DNA of 64,000 nt from Octopus sinensis (GCF_006345805.1 NC_043001.1:131998001-132062000); one strand, 5' to 3'; counted from the first letter of the stretch, positions 12,345 through 25,815 are shown. Translations and numbers: made by a program. The notes: generated by a model from the letters alone, not told the origin.

Positions 12345-12565
12345 GTGTGCGCTACTTTGTGTTTGTCTCTCACCCCTTGACAACCGGTGGCGCTTTGTTT
12401 ATGTCCCCATCGCTTAGAAGTTCTGCAAAAAAATTTTAAGACTGGTCGTACAAGACTTTAAAAAATGATATATAATGGGGTCGTTTGATCGACTAAATCC
12501 TTCAAGATGATGCCTCAACATGCCTGCAGTCCAATGACTAAAACAAGTAACGAATAAAAGAATGA
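12345..12565 (+). mobile_element. SINE family A, diverged 3' half
   Basis: cttgacaaccggtgg...cagtccaatgactaaaacaagtaa. Confidence 0.6.
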
Positions 12566-12599
12566 ATACGGATAGTAATTGAGAATCTTCCGTTGTTAT

Positions 12600-13400
12600 A
12601 TTTTTCACGATGTTCTCTTAATGTCTGATTGTTATGCTTTGTTTAAATATAAATATGTAGCACTTTTGATTTATTATAGTTGAAATGTTTTTGAAAGACA
12701 CGTTGATTTGTAGAATGAAACAGTTAGGGATCAAACAATTAGCTGTTATACCATTGTTGTATATGGTTCTAGCAATTGTAATGGTAGACAATAGTTGCAG
12801 CAGTGGACAGAGATCTGCTAGAGTAAAATTTATATGTAGATGTGGTGGTATTAGTGTGAGAACAATACACATCTTCCATGGCTAGTTAATAAGTTGGTTT
12901 GAAATTATAAGACATAGCTTTATCTAAGTGTTGTGAATTTGAAGGCTTAAGAAGTCTTGTATTACTTTAAATGCATATCTGAGTATTTATGAGAAGGTAT
13001 TTTAATAGGCAGGCTGAACCTGTCTTTGTTTATTATGGAAGGCTAACATCTAAGCGGATTTCAACGCATTACCATTATGCTGACTAGAAGCACTGGTGAC
13101 ATAAACTGCAAGTTGGTCAACTATGGTAATGCTGGTTGCAATCAAACTAATTGAGATAATGTAGAAACTGTGGAAGTAATTATAAGAACGACACTTATAA
13201 ATTCTGCCATCATAGTAGAAGCATCTGGCAATTTATGAGTGCATTATGTTCCTGTTAACCCATAAATCAAAGTTTTGTAAATCAATAGAGATTATCCTGT
13301 TTAGTTCTGTAATACTGTCGAAGATATTTCTAAATCCCATAATTCACTGAAAGATATTATACACTAATGGTGACAGACGGTAACTATAATTGTATAATAA
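12600..13400 (-). mobile_element. Very degraded CR1-like LINE 3' region
   Basis: Only weak motif remnants (YKCRSYN, HGR.C). Confidence 0.25.
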
Positions 13401-13960
13401 AATATTGTGAACACCAGTTTCCATATTTTTTAATAATTTTTTTTAAAGAATATAATATTTATGTTCTAAATACCAATAAAACTAGTAAATATATAGTTTA
13501 TTTCATTCTTAATTTAAAGCTGTTGCTTTTTTGAAGAATTTCGATCGAAATTATTTAACTTAACTCTGCCATTGTCTAACTTTGTTTTTGTCTTTCGTAT
13601 TACTGATGTCTGCATAGCAGCCATTTAGTGCTATGAGTTAATAGAAATTTTGAAACAGAATTGCATTGGGAATTTTAGACTAAGAATATGAGTGGTTAGA
13701 ATAGAATCTCATAGTTATATACAAACAGCAGCTTAAGATTTAAATAACATTCACAAAATATAAAAGAATTTTAACAACTCACGTAAAGCTTTTCTTAACA
13801 CATATTCGATTCCCCTTTGCTGTTTAGGATTTTTACTGCAGTAATCGAGATATTGTCATGGAGATTTTTTTGCGTAAATATGTGATTTTTCCTAATAATA
13901 AATGTTCACTTCAATACTTGATTGATTAGTACAAGCTGTGCTAAAAGCAAAGAATGATGT

Positions 13961-14173
13961 TACTCTTTTACTCTTTTACTTGTTTCAGTCATTTGACTGC
14001 GGCCATGCTGGAGCACCGCCTTTAGTCGAGCAAATCAACCCCGCGACTTATTCTTTGGAAGCCCAGTACTTATTCTATCGGTCTCTTTTGCCGAACCGCT
14101 AAGTGACGGGGACGTAAACACACCAGCATCGGTTGTCAAGCAATGCTAGGGGGACAAACACACACACATATAT

Positions 14174-14217
<44 letters not shown>

Positions 14218-14389
14218 ATATACATATATACGACAGGCTTCTTTCAGTTTCCGTCTACCAAATCCACTCACAAGGCATTAGTCGGCCCGGGGCTATAGCA
14301 GAAGACACTTGCCCAAGATGCCACACAGTGGGACTGAACCCGGAACCATGTGGTTGGTTAGCAAGCTACTTACCACACAGCCACTCCTG
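13961..14389 (-). mobile_element. SINE family A, full length
   Basis: High similarity to the other copies. Confidence 0.9.
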
Positions 14390-15639
14390 TTGTAGATGTT
14401 TAGTCTCAAACATATACCGGCCGACATTTAACTTTTAAGATCAATAGATGTTTGTTCCTAATTTATGGACTTGTATACCATAAAGTCACCATATTTAACT
14501 ATTCATTTACTGAATGTAGCCCAAAGGAAAATGAAAATATCACATCTTAAAGTTAGATTTTATATTCGAAATATGAAAGTAATAAAGATTTTTTTTTATC
14601 AACATAAAATCGCCATGTTGGTAGGGAAAGTGTTACGTGAAAGAAAGAAAGAAGGGTTACTGTCCCTCCTGATGCTGTTGAAAATCGGATGGTTCGACCT
14701 GCGTATCTGGTTGGTTCCTAAAGAAATCCTTTTAAAAATCTACTGGAGACTTTTACATTAGTGTTTCCTACGTCATGAGGGTAGCTCTCCCTAATGTTTT
14801 TTAAAGTCTCGAATGACATGCGCTTGTGAAACGTTTAAACATGATTGTGCCCCAAATCAACTCTTTTTCAATATCCTCAATTCATGTTGTGAGGGCCATC
14901 AATTCTTCATTTGTCCTCACTAGTGCGAAATTAGGTAGCTATTTGCTGTTTTCTTTTTGTGGTTAGCTGTGGTTGTAGTGGCGTTGTGATGTCTGTGGTG
15001 ATGATTATGTATTAATGGAGTTGGGGTTGTTATAGGTGTATCAATATTTGTTGTGGGTGTGCTCTATGAGGCTTTTGGTATGTGTATTGGGATGAGACAA
15101 GACTTTTTGTGTGCTTACGTTTCCTTTTTGTTTTTCTGTCTTTTTTGCGGGTGGTTTCCCCTATATCTTCACTTCAAGATAAGGAAATACCAGCGTCTGC
15201 AGAATCTCTGTCAGATATGACTGAGAATGTATTTGAGGGAGTGAAAGTGTCAATGTGTGTGTGTGTGTCTGTGTGTGTGTGTGCGGACACGTATGTGTGT
15301 GTTTGAAAGAAGAAGATGAGAAGAGAAGAGGAGGAGAGGGGAGAGAATAAAAAGGGGAGATGTGGAAAGAGGGAGAGGAAGAAAGGGGGTAAGCTTGTGT
15401 GAGAGATCACCGGATGGGTTTGCTGATCCTCTTTTTGTTGTTTTTTTTAGGCTGTTGTTGGTGGTGATGGTGGCTCTGATGGTGCTGTTGTTGTCTCAGC
15501 TGCTTTTGTTTTTGTCACAGCTGTTGGTTTTGGTCTTTTCACAGTTGATGAAGTAGTAGTTGGTGTTGTTGATGTTGGTATTTCTGCTGTCGATACTGTT
15601 GTTGTTGATGTTGCTATTGGGGTTGGTGCCACTGTTGTT

Positions 15640-16030
15640 ACTGTGGATATTGCGGCCCTGATGATGACTCCTGATCACTTTTCTCACTGGGTTCGCGTCA
15701 CTTCCATCCAGGCCCACGCAGGCCAGGATCCTTGATATGTTCACCTCTGGTAGGATCCAGGAAATTCTGACTCTTACCGTCCTCTGTCTAGATAGGATAG
15801 GTAGAGAACATATTTGTTTTTTCAACAGGGTACCACAAAGTTTTAGACAGCCAGGGCTTCACTCTTAAAGTATTGAAATCCCCACAAAATACCTGGTCCT
15901 TGCTATGTATTGTATGTCGGACATTATGTCCTTCAGTGTTCTTTTCTATGTCGATGTGAACTGTTCGTTCCACCCGTTTCGTATTTGTAGACTTAGATTT
16001 GTAAATTACAGTCTCTTTTGGCAATGCTCT
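15640..16030 (-). mobile_element. Non-LTR ORF1-like remnant
   Basis: ERTVHIDI... and ICSLPILSRQRTVRVRISWILPEVNI resemble VVLLPS..MRATRISVKGIPPEID at about 48490-48570; followed by low-complexity sequence. Confidence 0.4.
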
Positions 16031-16164
16031 TGTTAGTATTGTCGTTACATTTTGTTGTCATTTTCCCCTTTTCTTGTTTCTGTAAAAGTGATGGTAGTGT
16101 TGAATTTTTTAGCAGCGGGAAATTAGTTACATACTTTTAACATGCTGTATTGTTGTTGCTGTTG

Positions 16165-16199
16165 CTATTTTAGTAGTAGTAGTAGTAGTTGTTGTTGTT

Positions 16200-16268
<69 letters not shown>

Positions 16269-16288
16269 GCTGCTGCTGCTGCTGCTGC
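16165..16288. repeat. (GTA)/(GTT)/(GCT) compound trinucleotide tract
   Basis: Direct runs. Confidence 0.95.
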
Positions 16289-16570
16289 TACCGTCACTGA
16301 TGTTTACAGTTTAGATCTTTTTTTCCACGGACGTGGAATGTTCGTCCATCACTTTTCCTTTTTAACAAAAATTGAGAGGTACGTTTGCTAAACACACCAC
16401 CTTAAGAGCTGCAAATAGAAAAAAAAACTGATCATCTCCTTAAGGCCCTGGTCAGTTCACTATATAATTTTGTGTCACAATAGAAATAACAACAAACTAT
16501 CAGGAGAGCTGTGAAAAGCATGTAAACAAATGAACAAACAAAATAACAATAAAAATAATGATAATGATAA

Positions 16571-16786
16571 TTTCAAATTTTGGCACAAGGCCAGCAAGTT
16601 TGGGGAAAGGGAGTAAGTCAATTACATTGAACCCCCCCCCTTCCCCAGTGCTCAGCTGGTGCTTATTTTATCGACCCCTAAAAAGAGGAAAAGGCAAAAT
16701 CAACCACGACGGAATTTGAACTCGGAAGGTGAAGACAGACGAAATGCCACGAAGCATTTTCCCGGCGTGTGAACGATTCTGCCAGC
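16571..16786 (-). mobile_element. SINE family B, short subfamily
   Basis: acgattctgccagc head and ggaatttgaactc B box; abuts (AAT)n. Confidence 0.75.
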
Positions 16787-16807
16787 AATAATAATAACAA
16801 CAACAAC

Positions 16808-16866
<59 letters not shown>

Positions 16867-16890
16867 TAATAATAATAATAATTTTTTTCG

Positions 16891-17096
16891 CATTTTGGCA
16901 CAAGGCCAGCAATTGTGAGGGAAGGGAACAAACCGATTACATCCACCCCAGTATTTCATTGGTACTTTATTTTATCAACACTGAGAGAAGGAAAAGCAAA
17001 GTTGATCCTAGCAGCATTTGAACTTACAACGTAAAGCCAGAAATGCTGCTGAGCATTCTGCCCAGTGTGCTAACGATTCTGCCAGCTCACGGCCTC
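16891..17096 (-). mobile_element. SINE family B, short subfamily
   Basis: Same motifs as the 16571 copy. Confidence 0.7.
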
Positions 17097-17562
17097 AATA
17101 ACAATGAAGATGATGATAATGATACTGATGACGATGACGACGACGATGATGATGATGATGATAAAGAATCAGTTGTGGTGTATAGCAAAGATACTGAAAT
17201 TAAGTTTGGTTTATATTAATGTGTAACTTAAACCATGGATCAGGGGAGGAGATCCCATTTCAATGGAATAATCTTATCAGATTACTACGTTAAAATGGGA
17301 TCTCTTTTTAACTTGATGACGATGGATACAAATATTTAGGCATACTGTTACTAAATACTTAAGCAAATGAAAGTAAAAGTGAAACATAATAGATTTGAAA
17401 ATATTAAAACTTGTTTTAAAGTCCAGACATAATTCAAACAATTTGATAGATGTTTGCAACACATAAGTGGTTAGCAGCTTGTGTTATGATACTGGAAAAC
17501 TGAAGAAGATGAAAGATAAAATAAATGCAATCATGAGAAAAATTACGAAAAAAACTGAATAT

Positions 17563-17985
17563 ATAGGCGCAGGAGTGGCTGTGATAGGCGCAGGAGTGGC
17601 TGTGTGGTAAGTAGCTTGCTAACGAACCACATGGTTCCGGGTTCAGTCCCACTGCGTGGCATCTTGGGAAAGTGTCTTCTGCTATAGCCCCGGGTCGACC
17701 AATGCCTTGTGGGTGGATTTGGTAGACGGAAACTGAAAGAAGCCTGTCGTATATATGTATATATATATATATATATATAATGTATGTGTGTCTGTGTTTG
17801 TCCCCCTAGCATTGCTTGACAACCAATGCTGGTGTGTTTATGTCCCCGTCACTTAGCGGTTTGGCAAAAAGAGACCGATAGAATAAGTACTGGGCTTACA
17901 AAGAATAAGTCCTGGGGTCGATTTGCTCGACTAAAGGCGGTGCTCCAGCATGGCCGCAGTCAAATGACTGAAACAAGTAAAAGAG
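17563..17985 (+). mobile_element. SINE family A with a 21-bp duplicated 5' end
   Basis: ataggcgcaggagtggctgtg at 17563-17583 and 17584-17604. Confidence 0.9.
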
Positions 17986-18126
17986 AGATATATAAAATGC
18001 TTCATCCGAAGGCCAATGTCAGTTGCTCATATAAGCAACAAAAGGGTTGGAAGGAGAGGAGCAATAGACGTTTCTGATTGTAAAGATTGTGAGCAAAGGT
18101 CAGTAAATTACTGTCTTGCTCTAAAT

Positions 18127-18609
18127 GGAAGCACTCCGTCGGTTACGACGACGAGGGTTCCAGTTGATCCGAATCAACGGAACAGCCTGCTCGTGAAATT
18201 AACGTGTTACAAAATATCTCCAAAAGAACGTAAGTGATAGTGTAATAAGTTTTAACTCAGCTTACACTGAGTTCTTTGTAAAATATATGAATACAACACT
18301 TCAATAAATGGCTGAGCACTCCACAGACACGTGTACCCTTAACGTAGTTCTCGGGGATATTCAGCGTGACACAGAGAGTGACAAAGCCGGCCCTTTGAAA
18401 AAACAGGTACAACAGAAACAGGAAGTAAGAGTGAGAGAAAGTTGTGGTGAAAGAGTACAGCAGGGATCACCACCATCCCCTGCCGGAGCCTCGTGGAGCT
18501 CTAGGTGTTTTCGCTCAATAAACACTCACAACGCATGGTCTGGGAATCGAAACCGCGATCCTACGACCGCGAGTCCGCTGCCCTAACCACTTGGCCATTG
18601 CGCCTCCAC
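18127..18609 (-). mobile_element. SINE family D with a 96-bp templated insertion
   Basis: tRNA-like head (rc gtggaggcgcaatggcc.agtggttaggg...ttcgattcc); TSD tgctctaaat at 18117-18126 and 18610-18619. Confidence 0.9.
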
Positions 18610-18899
18610 TGCTCTAAATACAATTCAAGGAATAATGATAGTTATTCCAACACTTCAGTTGAACAAGTGTCATTTTTGTAAATTAGTGAGTGGAAAGTTG
18701 TGAGCATATTATTACAGGTTACAAAATATCTCCAAAAGAACGTAAGTGATAGTGTAATAAGTTTTAACTCAGCTTACACTGAGTTCTTTGTAAAATATAT
18801 GAATACAACACTTCAGTAAGTGATATAATAGTTTACAAGAGGAAGCTTCAAATGAATCTGGTGAAACCTTTCTATGATTTTTTTTTTTTTTTTTTTTGA

Positions 18900-19210
18900 T
18901 ATCTACACAAAAAGAATAAGTAAATACCGTAGACCATATACCATTATGCTTCGCATAATAAGAGAATTCAATAATGGATGTTGCAATTCTTCCAAACAAA
19001 AACAACAATGTTAACAGAGAAATAGAAAAGATCTTAGATATGCTGAATTAGAAATATCCAATTAGAATTATCATATATCAGCAACAAAAAGGAAAATCAT
19101 GCCAATTATCATTGAAGCTTTCAGCTTAATACCAAAAGCCAAAATAATACCATCTAAAACAGTTGGAGATCAAGACTCATGTGAATAGTCTAAAAGTTAA
19201 CCCTTTTAAG
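18900..19210 (+). mobile_element. Old Dong/R4-like RLE C-terminal remnant
   Basis: IMDVAILPNKNNNVNREIEKI and KIMPIIIEAFSLIPK resemble IDVA.P.D.NI..KE.EK and IIPIIIGALG.IP. Confidence 0.45.
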
Positions 19211-20626
19211 AAAATTTTCCATTCTTAAAATAGTACTTTCTGTTTAAGGCCTTATTGAGCATTGAAATAATAACAGTATTAATAGTAATAATAATTTCCT
19301 TAATCAGTAAGAACAACTAAATAGTTCAGTATTTTGATATATTCTAACAGCAAAAATATGCATACGAAAATTTTCAAAAGTAATATTTTCTCATTTAGGT
19401 CATTCTGACATGTTATCTAAAGCTGAAAGAATTTAGCAGCTCTCATTTGTCTTAAGAATCATGTTTGAAACCACGTTAAAAGTTGTGAAAGTAACAGCCT
19501 TAGCACATGATTTCTATAATAATACATTTACCATCACCACCCTACAAAAAATTTTCTAAAAAACTTTTGTTTTGCCTGATAGTGTGTTAAATCAATGCTA
19601 CCATTTTCCAATTTTAACAGTAAACTGGTATTTTCATTGAGTTATGTGGAGGTTATTTTGTTTTATTTTTTTACTAAATTTATGTTGACTTTTATCACAA
19701 ATCTTTATACTTCAGTTCTTGAACTTCAAATGAATAATATAATAAAAAAAATAATAAAAACTTGTCTTTTATCTTCTATAATTCTCTTGTATTTCATTGA
19801 GACCAAAGTTAGTTTTGTTTTATATTTGAAACTTATTGACATGAAATATTATCCACCAAGTTCAGTTGTAATTACACTTAGTAAACTTTTAAGTTTTGGA
19901 AATTCTTTCTTCAAATCAAATGATTCTGTTATAAAGAAGTCCATGTTGTTTTGAGCTTCAGCTTGAACAGTCTAACAAAAACAAAATCTTACCATGTGTT
20001 TGTCACACTAGCATGAGTGAGACAAAACTATTCAATTGAATGTTTTTTTTATTCTCAGATCTTTTGCCTGCTTCAACACTCAGAATTTAACTACTTTTGG
20101 AGAATAAATAACTCAAAAGTTACTTCATCTCATTTTCTTTATTTTACCACTTTTCTAATTATTAATCGTTTGATTCTGTTGTTGTTGTTGTTTTCTTTTT
20201 ACACCAAGTGCCTTCCATCAACCTTATTTCTCCTATTGTAGGGATTAGTTCTTTCTTACTTTACAAATTTATCTCAGTGATTAATTTTAATTTTCAACTT
20301 TTTAAAACACAAATATTTACAAGTATTCAAGGAGATTTTCACACTTGATATCCATCCATAACAGATGCAGGCATAGCTATAAGGCTAACAAGTTTGCTTT
20401 ACAACAGCATAGACTGAGGTTCAATTCCACCCTGCAGCATATTTGGCAAGTGTTTTCTACCATAGATTTAGGTTGACAGTGGAATTTATTGGACACTAAA
20501 AGTGCAGAAAGCCATCATAGACCATTGGTATAAAGAATTATTCAGTTTTCTGGAGTCTTTTCTTTCAAGCCATCTAAATAAGAATCCTTTGTGTTTAGAA
20601 ATAGTTCTGTCTAGGCATTAACTAGG

Positions 20627-20670
<44 letters not shown>

Positions 20671-20699
20671 TATATAGAAGGCATTTCTCTCCATATATA

Positions 20700-22480
20700 T
20701 AGTACGCATTTCACTTGACTCACGTTGTTGCACAATCAACAAGGCTTACCTCTATTGCGGCTGTTTTTCAAGGTACAGTGTGCAGATATTCCAATGTTGG
20801 TTTTCTTGGAGTCAAAAATACTCTCTCTCTCTTTTACTCTTTTACTTGTTTCAGTCATTTGACTGCGGCCATGCTGGAGCACTGCCTTTAGTCGAGCAAA
20901 TAGGCCCCGGGACTTATTCTTTGTAAGCCCAGTACTTATTCTATCGGTCTCTTTTGCCGAACCGCTAGGTGACGGGGACGTAAACACACCAGCATCGGTT
21001 GTCAAGCAATGCTAGGGGGACAAACACAGACACACAAACATATACACACACATACATATATATATATATACATATATACGACGGGCTTCTTTCAGTTTCC
21101 GTCTACCAAATCCACTCACAAGGTATTGGTCGACCCGGGGCTATAGCAGAAGACACTTGCCCAAGATGCCACGCAGTGGGACTGAACCCGGAACCATGTG
21201 GTTGGTTAGCAAGCTACTTACCACACAGCCACTCCTGCGCCTAGAAAGTCAATAATTCTCTTATATTCTTATTCCGTCTAAAGGCTACAAGAGGCGGCTG
21301 AGGAAATATCTGTTTGAAACAATGAAATTTTTCCGCAACATACAAAATTTCACTGCCAGTTAAACACTAAAGGAATTCGGTCACATATTATATTGTTTGC
21401 TAAAATTATGCATGAAGGTTTGGCTGTCTTTGCTAATCTTAGATATTTCATTTTTTATTTCCTTTAATCGCGATTCACTGTAACCGCGTTTGACATAGTG
21501 GTGTACAAAAGCATTTGCCTGTTTCCAGTAATCCCCTATGTCAGTACAAATACGTTTTATCTTCAAAAATTGGGATTTCGTATTTGATCAACTGATGTGG
21601 ATGATCGGAGTGGCAGAAGAGGTAAATGTGGGATGACGTGGGCTTGCAAAATCACTCAGTCACTATTCTGCCTCCAGAAAACTTAACTTTTGTGTCCAAA
21701 AATCCAAAGCTAGTTTTTGAAAAACTAGCTGTAAATTTTATGTTGGGTTTAAAGCCATAGTTTTTAGCATAGTAGTCACAGAAATGCAAAGAATCAATTA
21801 AACTATCCTGTGATCCTTCCCAGACAAAAAAGACGTCATCAAACCAGAGTATTGATTTATGATCATGTCGGGATTTCAATGTCTTCAGTAACTGTGTCTC
21901 AAATTTTGCCATGAAGACATTAGCGTTATTAACTGCCATGGGGGTACCCAGGGCGCAGCCCCTCGTCTGCTGGTAAAAGCTTTGTTCAAACTTTATTGGT
22001 TTACTGTGTAACACAAACCTCAATAACCTCCAGAGAAAATTTGATGGATTACATTTGTTTGACCGCTTTTCGAAGGCATTCATGCTTGCTTTTACCCTTT
22101 CATCGTGGTCAATATTGGGATCTAAGGAAGAGACATTCATGGTTACCAAAAAACAGTTTTCGACATGGCTTCGGTGCTTAGAAAGTTGTTGATTTTAGAC
22201 ACAAAATCATAAGTATCCCGAATATAGGAGCTTGATCTTTTTACGACAGAGAGTAGAAAGCCATCTAGCCATTCCGAAATCTTGGCTGTACAACATCCAC
22301 ATCCACTGCAAACTGGGCGCTTTGGAGGGAATCTTTCGAACTTTTTGTGTATTTTAGGGAGGCCATAAAATACAGGTGTTCTTCTTTCTGGCCATAAAAT
22401 CCTGGATTCTTTTCCTCTGGTTCCAGAATTATTTTGTCAAGTTCCTCTTTGTAATTTTACTTCAAACGGCTGCAATTTTG
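20700..22480 (-). mobile_element. Penelope-like element RT/thumb, interrupted by SINE A
   Basis: FYGLPKIHK, YQQTRGCALGTPMA, WFDDVFFVW, FLDTKV, KRGYS motifs; resumes below the SINE (KPC..C linker). Confidence 0.85.
20829..21243 (-). mobile_element. SINE family A, full length, nested in Penelope
   Basis: High similarity; imperfect agtcaa.aat.ctc flanking duplication. Confidence 0.9.
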
Positions 22481-22951
22481 AAAAAGACTTGAAAGTGTAT
22501 ATTCTCAGAAAATATTCTGAATCTGTTTCACTTTCAATAATCAAAATGCATGAGGAGAAATATGTTTGCGAGTTATTAACATCACGCCCTGGAGGAATGA
22601 ATAAAATGACAGAATATCATCAAATTTACACAAAACTATTTGATCAAATATTATTTTTCCTTTTCTTTTTTCTCTCTTTTTCCGTCTTTTTTCTGTCTTT
22701 TTCTTTTCGCCAGTTATAAAATTAAAACTTAAAGATTGAGGATGTCATTTCATCAACGTGTGAACGCTGGTTGCTCTCGTTCATACTTTAGATTTGAATT
22801 TCTAAAATTTTGAATGTTTATCACTTTTTATTTTGAACTTGACAAAGACAGGCTTGATGGCGAAATGTCGTTTAACCAATAAAATATCTATTGCAATCGC
22901 ATCGATTACCTTTGTGAAGAGTTACTTGAGACCTTTTAAAATATTATTATT

Positions 22952-23002
<51 letters not shown>

Positions 23003-23010
23003 GCTGTTGT

Positions 23011-23222
23011 TAAGGCAGCGAGCTGGTGGAATCATTAGCACGCTGGACGAAATGCCTAGCTGTATTTCAGCCGTCGCTACGTTCTGAGTTCAATATTCGT
23101 CGAGGTAGACTTTACTTTTCATCCTTTCGGAGTTGATAAAATAAATACCAGTTGAACACTGGAGTCTTTGTAATCGACTAATCCCCTCCCCAAAATTGCT
23201 GTCCTTGTGGCAAAATTTGAAA
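23011..23222 (+). mobile_element. SINE family B
   Basis: Head follows (GTT)n; body motifs present. Confidence 0.75.
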
Positions 23223-23263
23223 GTATCATCATCATCATCATCATCATTATTATTATTATTATT

Positions 23264-24641
23264 CAGTAGTTTTATTTTTATAGCGTGCTTTCACTTCACT
23301 ACCGAGCGCAGCTCTGTGTGCCTTGGGTATGTGCTGTGATTTGTTGTGATGCTCTGATGGTTATTGTATGGAAGTGTTCTGCGTAGGATGTGTGCAGTGC
23401 CTAGTAGTGCAATTTTCTGTATGTTATATGTGTTTGTAAGTCCTGGTGTTTTTGTTATGTATTTGTCTGAATATTTTTTTATCATACCTAATGCACCTAC
23501 TATGATAGGAATGTTTCTGTTTTCAGATTCCACATTCTAGTTACCTCTATTTCCAGGTCTTTGTATTTTGAGAGTTTCTCCATTTCTTTTAGAGACACGT
23601 TGTCATCTGCCGGTATTGATACATCAATTAGAAAGCATTTTTTTCTTCATGATCTCTGACAACTATATCTGGTCTGTTGGCCTTAATTTCTCTATCTGTG
23701 TGTATCGGCATATCCCAGAGTATGGTTGCTTTCTCGTTTTCTGTGACCTTTTCTGGTGTGTGCCTATACCATCTTTTTTCTGTTGTTATTCCATAATGTT
23801 GGCATAGCTTCCAATGTATGTAGGTTCCAACTCTGTCATGTCTGTGAATATATTCCTTCTTAGCCAGGACTGGGCAGCTAGAGATAATATGATTTATTGT
23901 TTCTTGTCCATCTCCACATATTCTGCAGTTACTTGTAATATTTATTTTCATTACATGTTTTTGGTAATTTCTGGTGGGGAGGCTTTGGTCTTGTGCTGCA
24001 ATTAAAAATCCCTCTGTTTCTGCTTTGAGTCCTGAGCTTCTCAACCATTGCTGGTATTTTTCTTTGTCTATTTCTTTTGCGTTTAGTTTAGTGCAGTATT
24101 TACCATGAAGGGGCTTTTCTTGTCATCGTTTTATCATGGTTCGTTGCTGTTCTATTTTTAGTTGGATTTCATTTGTTTTATAGCTTTTGTTGTTTCTTCA
24201 TCATCTTCTTCTTCTTCTTCGTGTTTATTAGGTGGTATGATTTCTTGTTTGTATTTGTCAGCTTCCTTAAATACTGAGAACAGTTTTTTGTTTTGCTCGT
24301 GTTTTGCTGCTATCTGGATCAGTTTTCCTTCCTTCTGAAGTAGGTATTTTTGCAGTCCTATGGTGGTTATTTTATAGTAGTTTTCCAGCTGTATAAGGCC
24401 TCTACCACCTTCTATACGTTGTATATATAGTCTTTCTATGTCAGATTTTGGGTGATGCATCCTAGATCCTGTCAGTATTTTTCTTGTTTTCCTATCTATT
24501 TTGGACAGTTCATTTCGTGTCCAGTTAAGGATATTGTAGCAGTAACTTATAACTGGGACAGCTAAAGTGTTGATACCTATTATCTTGTTTTTAGCATTGA
24601 GCTCTGTTTTTAGTATTGATCTAACTCGTCTATAATATTCT
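23264..24641 (-). mobile_element. 5'-truncated Dong/R4-clade non-LTR retrotransposon in (TAA)n
   Basis: HHPKSDIERLYI.R..GGRGL, ETEGFLIAAQDQSL, CRICG..ETINHIISSC (CCHC), RHD, NRPDIVV (RLE), IPIIVGALG, ALLGTAHILR; (ATT)n at both ends. Confidence 0.92.
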
Positions 24642-24656
24642 TATTATTATTTATTC

Positions 24657-24714
<58 letters not shown>

Positions 24715-24731
24715 TATTATTATTATTATTA
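24641..24731. repeat. (ATT)n tract
   Basis: Direct run. Confidence 0.95.
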
Positions 24732-24879
24732 AGGTGGTGAGCTGGCAGAATCGTCAGCACGCCGAACAAAATGCTTAGCAGTTTTTCGTCTGTCTTCACG
24801 TTCTGGGTTATTATTTTATGGTTTAATTTTTATGTTTAATTCTGTTATATATTTACTGTATTTGTTATATAGTTTTTTT

Positions 24880-25170
24880 ACGACGGACTTTCTCGTTGAG
24901 GACAGCGTATAAGTATTCAGCTTTTGCCGAGTGACCTGCACAAATGATTCGTTTATAATAATCAAATGTATGTGCTGTACCATAGCTCACTCCCTCGGTC
25001 AAATCGACGTTGCCCGAACTAGTGTACGGTGTACTATGCACTGAACTGATTGCAAAGCAGCGTAAGATGAAGTGTTTTGCTCAAGAACAACAGCGCACCA
25101 CCTGGTCTAAGAATTGAAACCACGATTGTGAGATCGTGATACCCAACCACTAGGCCATGAGTCCTCATAG
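24880..25170 (-). mobile_element. Diverged tRNA-derived SINE (family C-like head, different tail)
   Basis: gatgaagtgttttgctcaagaaca...gaattgaaacc...aaccactaggccat. Confidence 0.55.
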
Positions 25171-25784
25171 TTTTTATATTCTTACAATAAATGTTATTGT
25201 TAGCCTGTTATTTATTCACTAGCGGGACCCGTGAATATTTCACGGAATTAATGGTAAATTTATTGGGTTATTTCTGAAAAATTTATTTAAAAAACCTGAG
25301 AGCGTAGCCTGTATCTTCTATAAACAACCTTGCCCAGACGTGTGCCTCTGGGGGTAATTTTCAAGGTGCAATCTTATGATCAATCATGTCTGATGGATTC
25401 TTTATCAAAGACTTGTAAACAGAAGTATTCCAGCCATGACCACTCCATTTTTGTTTCTCACGTCGAGCATAACAAGTCAATGGGTTATCAGAATGCTTTG
25501 CTGTATTTGTTTCAGTCTCATATCCAACCAGTGTCAATTTTTTTTCATCTTTTGATAAAGTACCAGTCTAAAAATGAGGTCTATCTTTCTTCTCCCTGCT
25601 CTCCTATTCCACCAGATACACTATATGGCATGATGGTGCACCTTCAAGTCCTTCTAGTGTCTAGGAGTACGTTATTATCTGATGTAGAAAAGTGCTGTAT
25701 TGTCTCTGCCTTTTATTTGTAAAAGAGTATGAAAGGATTTGATTTCAGGGTGGGGTTGTGTAAGTGAGTGTATGTGTATGCATA

Positions 25785-25815
<31 letters not shown>

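Noticed and set aside
15362-15825. Thr/Asn-rich mucin-like ORFs
   Set aside because: Low-complexity (GTT)-rich sequence adjoining a retroelement ORF1-like remnant
19595-19954. 119-aa plus-strand ORF
   Set aside because: AT-rich with no recognisable motifs; partly antisense to an exon candidate
25400-25722. 130-aa ORF or a minus-strand exon
   Set aside because: No protein recognised; the minus strand weakly resembles a decayed RTE C-terminus, too weak to call
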